This document shows positions 1 to 5,209 of a stretch of 6,981 bases of DNA, in pieces. Made by a program: the position numbers and the translations under genes. The notes beneath the pieces are model-generated. The model saw only the letters and a list, made by a program, of their open reading frames with translations. It did not search any database and was not told where the DNA came from. The DNA is from Candidatus Wukongarchaeum yapensis (lineage in GTDB: Archaea > Asgardarchaeota > Wukongarchaeia > Wukongarchaeales > Wukongarchaeaceae): the NCBI GenBank assembly GCA_016840425.1, contig JAEOSI010000122.1, positions 1-6,981 of the forward strand. Reading direction: 5' to 3'. The stretch's first letter is position 1. Each line of letters begins with the position of its first letter.

Positions 1-1656
1 CGTATTTTGACTGAAATTCCCCGCTAGATCGAAAGTATATACGTTTGAAGGTTTTCCACGAATCCATTCTCCATTTTTTCTATGAACAATTTTAAGGACA
101 GCATCCATCATTATAGCGGACACGATTTCTATAGCGGATAGACTGGCAACAGTACATTTACTTGCAAAATCAGGACTTTCAGGAAAGCCTCTAACCCACC
201 TTAAATCCCTTTGATAACAACCAATACACGAATAATCCTGTTCGGATAACACTACCCTTACAGATCCTCTAGTTCCTTCAACTCCACCATTTAAAAAGGG
301 CTTTTCCGCCGCCAAGCTTATGGTTTGAAGCGTTCTTCTCGTGCTAAAATTATCAACACAAGTAGCTACTATATCAACATTTTGAATCATTTTTTCAACT
401 TTTCTCAAACTGGCCTCCAAATCAAACATCATCACCAGCCTGTTTGTTCCCAAGAGTATCGCTGGCATGTTTGCATTAGGAATCTCGAACATATCAGCTT
501 TTACCTCTATAAAAGGAAAATTCTCACCCACCCATTCTTTAACAGCTGTAACCTTAGATTTTCCCACATCGCCTAGCGTGTAAAGACTCTGCCTAAAAGT
601 GTTTTCTGCCTCCACCCTATCCCTGTCTACTACTTCAAGGCTCCCAATCCCGTGTAAACAAAGTAATCTTATGAGTTCACACCCAACAGTTCCTAACCCG
701 CAAACTAAAACCTTTGTTTCACTAAGTTTTTCCATATCATAGTTCATTTTTTTAATCCTGTCGAAAAGTTTTTCTTTCAGCGTTTCAGCTCCGATACTCA
801 TGATTGTATGACTTTTATCCCTATCTCCCTTTATGATTATGTTTTCTTGGGGGATTTTTTGGATTTTCACAGGCATGGTGGAGGCAAACATTTTTACCAA
901 ATAGTAATTGAAATCGATCCAGTTCTTTTCTTGTAAGACTTTACAGAATAAGAACTGCTTACTTCGGGTTTTGTTGTAGTAATTACCCATCAATATCTCT
1001 TCAAGGAAAGTCACATCTTTAATTTTAGAATAATGCCATAAACCCCAACTACTCTGAATCCCTTCCTTGTTCCCGTAGGACACAGGTATTAAGCCCTCAT
1101 CATCTTCTATTTCCTTGATTAAGCCCTTCTCCTCCCCTTTTCTTAAGAGCTCTAAAACCCTTCCTTCGAATGCGAAAAGTAAATTCTCATCCACACCTAG
1201 TATCTCATCCTTTCCAATCTCTTGAAATTTGGCGTTGATGGAGATACGAGGTTGGAAAAATGAAAGCTCTAAATTATCCCCCATAAGACAAGCTATACCA
1301 TAAATCTTAGGAAAGATTATAGGATTATCGGTTATAAGGAGACCTTCAACCCACTTTTCCATAATTACACTATCAATCCCCGAATAACTGCTTAGTCCGT
1401 GGGGGTGAGAGTGCCAATTTCCCAAAATAGAGAGCCCAGGATGGGCGCCTAAAAGTTCTGCATAAGTTGTTGGAGAAATCTTAACTATCCCAGGCGACTC
1501 TTCTGCTTTTAAATCCCGCAAGATCTTTTTTATGAAAACAGAATCTTCAGAAAAATTCCCTAAAAACCAGCCGCCGATCTCCCTGTCTCTTATATCTTTT
1601 ACAAGTTTTTCAAGTTCTAAATATGCTTCAGAACCAATCACTACCTTAAAAGTCAA
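1..1656 (-). CDS. JAB/JAMM metalloprotease - middle domain - ThiF/MoeB/E1-family activating enzyme fusion (C-terminus truncated by window edge, at least 552 aa)
   Basis: Hand translation gives an uninterrupted minus-strand frame from TTG at 1656 to position 1. An upstream in-frame TGA lies at 1704-1702 and an AGGGGA RBS at 1668-1663. N-terminus: MTFKVVIGSEAYLELEKLVKDIRDREIGGWFLG...ILGNWHSHPHGLSSYSGID, a complete JAMM motif (E26, H82-x-H84, x7-S92-x2-D95). C-terminal part: KVLVCGLGTVG (GxGxxG, G320-G325), VVDRDRVEAENTFRQSLY, DVGKSK, VDIVATCVDNFSTR, CIGC (C477/C480) and putative catalytic C501. Missing from the ORF track because no stop codon lies in the window. Confidence 0.92.
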   Translation of the reverse strand, partial: MTFKVVIGSEAYLELEKLVKDIRDREIGGWFLGNFSEDSVFIKKILRDLKAEESPGIVKISPTTYAELLGAHPGLSILGNWHSHPHGLSSYSGIDSVIMEKWVEGLLITDNPIIFPKIYGIACLMGDNLELSFFQPRISINAKFQEIGKDEILGVDENLLFAFEGRVLELLRKGEEKGLIKEIEDDEGLIPVSYGNKEGIQSSWGLWHYSKIKDVTFLEEILMGNYYNKTRSKQFLFCKVLQEKNWIDFNYYLVKMFASTMPVKIQKIPQENIIIKGDRDKSHTIMSIGAETLKEKLFDRIKKMNYDMEKLSETKVLVCGLGTVGCELIRLLCLHGIGSLEVVDRDRVEAENTFRQSLYTLGDVGKSKVTAVKEWVGENFPFIEVKADMFEIPNANMPAILLGTNRLVMMFDLEASLRKVEKMIQNVDIVATCVDNFSTRRTLQTISLAAEKPFLNGGVEGTRGSVRVVLSEQDYSCIGCYQRDLRWVRGFPESPDFASKCTVASLSAIEIVSAIMMDAVLKIVHRKNGEWIRGKPSNVYTFDLAGNFSQNT

Positions 1657-1662
1657 AAAATA

Positions 1663-1694
1663 TCCCCTTAAAAAACTATGAAAAACGCTATAAA
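1663..1694 (-). promoter_or_regulatory. Possible TATA box (TTTATAGC, 1694-1687) and RBS (AGGGGA, 1668-1663) for the JAB-E1 gene
   Basis: The TATA-like element lies about 31 nt upstream of the TTG start, within the 95-bp gap between the two ubiquitin-system genes. Confidence 0.35.
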
Positions 1695-1751
1695 TAGACT
1701 GTCATAAAAAAGCAAATATCCGATTTACTCAGTTAAAGAAATTATATGAAA

Positions 1752-2369
1752 CTAGATTAGATGGAACTGCTCTTTTAACATAGTGACTATCATGCTTAAT
1801 GGATTTTCCGTATAACGAACCTGTTTCCATGCCCTGTTAAAATCCTCATCCTGGAAATGAATTCTTCCAGTAACAGTGTCAACACACTGATGATTTAGGG
1901 GAGGATGTATTATTACGCATGGAGGAACCGCTGGATAGCCTATAGAAGGCAAGATGAAAACCTTATACTTCTCCTCTTTTCCACCCCTTGTTTTTACACA
2001 ATTTTTAAAGACTCCTGCGCCTAGATTTTCAGGTATCAAAGCTTCCCAATCTCTATGATATTTTTCAATGTGTAAAAGAGCATGTTTTGCAAAAACCTGG
2101 AACACTGTCGACGGAGTTTCTAACACTGATCCGTAAGGTTGTTCAAAAGACCAACAAATAACGCTTCCTTCATCAATACTCTCACCAATCTTCATCTCAG
2201 GAGATAAGGTTCTTTTAAAAGTGCTTAAGATTATCGGATAGCCCTCGAGACTATACTTCTCGCGTAGAAGGTTTATAATTGTTTGAACACTTTCTTCTCC
2301 TGAAAAATAAACATCTTCATCTTGCCACCCTTGCTCAAAATTAAACAGTTTTACACCGATTTTGCCCAT
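1752..2369 (-). CDS. Ubiquitin-like (beta-grasp) domain fused to a UBC/E2-fold domain (205 aa)
   Basis: ORF track plus a GGTGA RBS at 2386-2382. Residues 1-80 follow the ubiquitin pattern: FSGEESVQTIINLLREKYSL resembles [20 protein letters not shown], and RTLSPEMKIGESIDEGSVICWSFEQPYG resembles [29 protein letters not shown]. Residues ~85-205 carry the UBC signature KYKVFILPSIGYPAVPPCVII-HPPLNHQCVDTVTGRIHF...W (YPxxPP, an HPN-like HQC, and GxI-H in place of GxI-C). The CDS is well supported; the domain calls are pattern-based. Confidence 0.75.
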   Translation of the reverse strand: MGKIGVKLFNFEQGWQDEDVYFSGEESVQTIINLLREKYSLEGYPIILSTFKRTLSPEMKIGESIDEGSVICWSFEQPYGSVLETPSTVFQVFAKHALLHIEKYHRDWEALIPENLGAGVFKNCVKTRGGKEEKYKVFILPSIGYPAVPPCVIIHPPLNHQCVDTVTGRIHFQDEDFNRAWKQVRYTENPLSMIVTMLKEQFHLI

Positions 2370-2381
2370 CCTACAACCAAC

Positions 2382-2386
2382 TCACC
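2382..2386 (-). promoter_or_regulatory. Shine-Dalgarno-like GGTGA upstream of the Ubl-E2 gene
   Basis: Minus strand reads AAGGTGAG-ttggttgtagg-ATG, an archaeal-type SD 12 nt before ATG 2369. Confidence 0.55.
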
Positions 2387-2402
2387 TTATTTTTATTCAA
2401 TA

Positions 2403-2612
2403 TCAAGAATTTTTTAATAAACTAAAACTCATAACTAAACTACTAAAAGCATACTTTTCGAAAAACAACACCAATCTCCTATTATCATTTAAAAAATCGT
2501 ATAACAAGTAAGTAAAAATATGAAAAACAGCAATTAAAAAGCCACAAAATTGAAAAATTTCCCCAGAAAAACGCCACTCTTCTAAAGTTAAAATGTAGAA
2601 ATAGATCAGCAC
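2403..2612 (-). CDS. Doubtful small hydrophobic ORF (69 aa, GTG start); may be non-coding upstream region
   Basis: ORF track only. Same strand as its neighbours and ends 34 nt before the Ubl-E2 start. It has no clear RBS, and the T-rich strand would give Phe/Leu-rich translations by chance. Confidence 0.2.
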   Translation of the reverse strand: MLIYFYILTLEEWRFSGEIFQFCGFLIAVFHIFTYLLYDFLNDNRRLVLFFEKYAFSSLVMSFSLLKNS

Positions 2613-2646
2613 ATATTTTTAAAAAGGGAAGATCATGGTTTTTCGA

Positions 2647-3006
2647 TTACGTTACATTTTTTACCTTTTCTAAACATTCAAGAGCTATTTTTAAACAGGA
2701 GAAAAGCGCTTTGAGCTTGTCTAAATCCTTTTCTTCGGAGATTTTGAAGATTATTTCCCTTATTTTAGCAGTGATTTGGGCGCCCATATCACCAAATTCT
2801 TCTTGAACATAAAGCGCTTCTTCTGATTCTCCCGGTTTCAGAATAACAACGTTACGATCACAGCCGGCGCAATAGATTTTCCCACCTACATCAAACAAAG
2901 GAGAGTGACATGCAGGACAGGTTTCAGCAAGCATGGTGGCCCCTGAGCGGAAAAGATCCGCCATCCGCTTTATCTTTTCTGTATCTTCATTTTCTGAGCT
3001 ATTCAT
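2647..3006 (-). CDS. UPF0148 / Sjogren's syndrome-scleroderma autoantigen 1 (Auto_anti-p27) family Zn-ribbon protein
   Basis: KRMADLFRSGATMLAETCPACHSPLF...KIYCAGC is the family signature (two CxxC pairs) followed by a helical tail. GAGGAG RBS at 3018-3013. Lies next to UPF0147, as is common in archaea. Confidence 0.9.
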   Translation of the reverse strand: MNSSENEDTEKIKRMADLFRSGATMLAETCPACHSPLFDVGGKIYCAGCDRNVVILKPGESEEALYVQEEFGDMGAQITAKIREIIFKISEEKDLDKLKALFSCLKIALECLEKVKNVT

Positions 3007-3126
3007 AAAATACTCCTCAAAAATGGAGTAAAAATTAAAAGAATAAAAACATTTTTAAACAGATTTTATCGGGATCTCGTTCTCACAGCATATCAGCTAG
3101 ATTATTTTAAAACCTGTGGAAAACTT

Positions 3127-3393
3127 TCATCCATAATCTATGATGGTCGCTAGTAGAGATACGGCCTTATAAAGAGTTGTACGGGCGTAAGCTGGACAAT
3201 TCGGATCTTCCGGCAGCGGTTCTACGATATCGTGGGCGTTACTTGCCTTAACGGCGTACGTCCCTTCTCCCGTCTTTAACATATCTATAGCCTCTGATGC
3301 GCCTCTCCGAATGTTTCTTGGAACATTAGTATCATTAGCAATTCGTTCTAGGAGAGAAACTGTGTAATTTATTTTCTCTTCATCTGTACTCAT
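3127..3393 (-). CDS. UPF0147 family protein (88 aa)
   Basis: LERIANDTNVPRNIRRGASEAIDML...VKASNAHDIVEPLPEDPNCPAYARTTLYKAVSLL matches the UPF0147 pattern. Start moved from the track's 3435 to ATG 3393, which has a GAGGGG RBS at 3407-3402. Confidence 0.9.
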   Translation of the reverse strand: MSTDEEKINYTVSLLERIANDTNVPRNIRRGASEAIDMLKTGEGTYAVKASNAHDIVEPLPEDPNCPAYARTTLYKAVSLLATIIDYG

Positions 3394-3432
3394 TGACTTT
3401 TCCCCTCGTCCTAATTTATAAAATATCTTATG

Positions 3433-3466
3433 CATTTATATAAGCAAACAAAGCTATATAATTTTT
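3433..3466. promoter_or_regulatory. TATA-like elements in the divergent UPF0147/radB intergenic region
   Basis: TTTATATAAGC and GCTATATAATTTTT lie 40-70 nt upstream of the UPF0147 ATG. Assignment to a strand or gene is uncertain in this AT-rich DNA. Confidence 0.35.
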
Positions 3467-3677
3467 GAACTCATAACTTTTTGAATTTTATAATCATTTT
3501 TATGTTAAGAAAAAGGGGATTTTGGAACTCTTTAAGATTTGTCTTTTGGTTCGTACATTTTTCAAAAATCATAAAATGGGTTTTTTGGTTCGCTAATCTT
3601 TTAAAGAGATGTTTTTTTCAGTTTTATGAGAATTGTTATTTTTGGTCTTTTTCACTTTTTTGAGCGGTGGCATTTTG

Positions 3678-4382
3678 ATGAATGGTTATATATCTTCGGG
3701 GTGTAAGCTTCTTGATGCTCTTTTGGATGGTGGTTTTCCTAGGGGTAGACTTGTTCAAGTTTATGGTAGAAAATTTGTGGGAAAAACCACTCTTGCCCTC
3801 CAGATTGCTCTTGTAAATGCTGAAAAAGGCTTGAAAACCATCTTTATAGATACGGGACAGGCTTATCTTCCTTACAGGCTTTCTCAGATGATAAAACAAA
3901 GGAATGAGAAAGATCTTGAGCAGATTTTTTTTATCAAAGCAAAATCGTTCAAAAGCCAGTTGAAGATCATAGATAAAATAAACTTTTACATAACACCAAA
4001 AACATGCGCCATAATAGTTGACAACATAAGTCAACACTATCTTACTGAGCGTTTAAAATCAAAGGATCAGAAAAATATGACCTTGGGAAGGCTTCTAGCA
4101 TATCAGATAGCAAGTTTGAACTATATAGCAGAAGCTCACAATATAGCCGTTGTGGTGACAAACAACGGTTATTTTAAGAAGGCAGAAAAAGAATACGTCC
4201 CCGTAGCAAGAGGAATAATGGAAAAATATTCCGACATAATTCTTCTCGTGGAACACGACGCTGTAAAACCTAGTGCAAGAAAGATCATCCTAAAAAAGAA
4301 ACTTCTAGACAAAGAGTATCCCTCCCTTACAAAAACTGCTTTTTTCACACGTGTATCTCTAACTGAAGAAGGGCTAATCTAG
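3678..4382 (+). CDS. radB: RadB-like RecA/Rad51-paralog ATPase (234 aa, no N-terminal HhH domain)
   Basis: ISSGCKLLDALLDGGFPRGRLVQVYGRKFVGKTTLALQIA (Walker A), TIFIDTG, AIIVDNIS (Walker B), LNYIAEAHNIAVVVTN. Start moved to ATG 3678, with a GCGGTGG RBS-like motif at 3664-3670. RadB versus another paralog (aRadC type) cannot be resolved by eye. Confidence 0.8.
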   Translation: MNGYISSGCKLLDALLDGGFPRGRLVQVYGRKFVGKTTLALQIALVNAEKGLKTIFIDTGQAYLPYRLSQMIKQRNEKDLEQIFFIKAKSFKSQLKIIDKINFYITPKTCAIIVDNISQHYLTERLKSKDQKNMTLGRLLAYQIASLNYIAEAHNIAVVVTNNGYFKKAEKEYVPVARGIMEKYSDIILLVEHDAVKPSARKIILKKKLLDKEYPSLTKTAFFTRVSLTEEGLI

Positions 4383-4395
4383 TCCTGAAAAGTTT

Positions 4396-4878
4396 TTAGG
4401 GCGCTTGACTTGTTCCTCCAAATTTTCTGAAGGCGTAGGGATTAAGCTTGCTTTCCAGCATATAATTTACGCCGAAATAGCTTACTAATATCAAAGCTAT
4501 ACCCGCATAAAGGAGGAGATTTGCATATTTTGGGTCATAAGCGTATTTAGTACTCTGATATAACAGGATAAAACCTATCCCTCCAACAATAAAAAGAATA
4601 CCTGCAACTAGTCCCTCAAGGAGAAACATTCTATCAAACTGAGGATACAAGAATATGGGACTACCCGTTGAAGTAAAAGCCAAGGCTGTAGGCTTTTCAA
4701 TAAGGATATAGATCCCGCCACTTAGAAGAAACCAGATCGTAACTAAAACTAAGACTGTCATCCTATTTTGTGTAGGCCTTGGCAACTCAAACTTAGGCTT
4801 TCTAAGTTCCAATTTCGGCCTCTTGATAAAGGGTATAATCCACTTAAAATGGGGCTTGGAAATTTTCAAAAAACCCAT
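4396..4878 (-). CDS. OST3/OST6-family oligosaccharyltransferase accessory subunit, OSTC/DC2-like (3 TM, no thioredoxin domain)
   Basis: PFIKRPKLELRKP...MTVLVLVTIWFLLSGGIYILIEKP...MFLLEGLVAGILFIVGGIGFILLYQS...LLYAGIALILVSYF...KL parallels the remembered human OSTC/DC2 sequence along its whole length. Likely start is ATG 4878 or TTG 4869 (GTGAGG upstream), rather than the track's GTG 4953. Confidence 0.85.
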   Translation of the reverse strand: MGFLKISKPHFKWIIPFIKRPKLELRKPKFELPRPTQNRMTVLVLVTIWFLLSGGIYILIEKPTALAFTSTGSPIFLYPQFDRMFLLEGLVAGILFIVGGIGFILLYQSTKYAYDPKYANLLLYAGIALILVSYFGVNYMLESKLNPYAFRKFGGTSQAP

Positions 4879-4981
4879 CCTCACAATGCTTGAATAATAA
4901 AGATAATTTTTTGCCCGTTTTATACTTTTATCGCCGTGCTTATAAATTATCACTTTTTATAAAAATCAAATCATATAAAAG

Positions 4982-5002
4982 TTTTTGAAAAATTTTCAAA
5001 AA
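4982..5002. repeat. Perfect 10-bp inverted repeat with 1-nt spacer (TTTTTGAAAA-A-TTTTCAAAAA)
   Basis: Read directly from the sequence, in the divergent OSTC-like/STT3 intergenic region. Confidence 0.6.
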
Positions 5003-5209
5003 GAACAGTGAAAAACTTTTAAACATCCATATCATCTTAAAGAAAAAAACAAACTTTGAAAACGTTTAAATCACTTTAATGAAAATTTAAAAATTAAACA
5101 AATTTTATGAATTATAGTAACTTTCAGAACATGGAAACCGAAAAACATCACAAATTAAACCTTGTAGGATGTTATTCGCCTATTTTATGGCAATGATGAG
5201 GGGCAGTAA

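Noticed and set aside
325-576. 83-aa plus-strand ORF
   Set aside because: Antisense shadow of the E1 domain, with no recognisable motif.
1-1656. Calling the E1 gene an ordinary MoeB/ThiF cofactor-biosynthesis enzyme
   Set aside because: Does not explain the fused JAMM protease, the adjacent Ubl-E2-like gene or the absence of moa/thi genes in the window. A sulfur-carrier role is not fully excluded.
1980-1988. Internal RGG (residues 128-130) in the Ubl-E2 protein as a ubiquitin-like C-terminus
   Set aside because: It lies in the loop matching the UBC 'TPYEGG' turn, just before the strand leading to YPxxPP. Cutting there would split the E2 fold, and G80 fits the Ubl end far better.
3394-3435. 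Longer ORF-track starts for UPF0147 (3435), and likewise radB (3633) and the OSTC-like gene (4953)
   Set aside because: The extensions are non-homologous low-complexity sequence; downstream starts have RBS motifs and match the family N-termini.
3481-3663. 60-aa Phe-rich plus-strand ORF
   Set aside because: Lies in the T-rich divergent promoter region; its composition explains the Phe/Leu content, and it has no RBS or motif.
3636-4037. 133-aa minus-strand ORF
   Set aside because: Antisense to the well-supported RadB-like gene.
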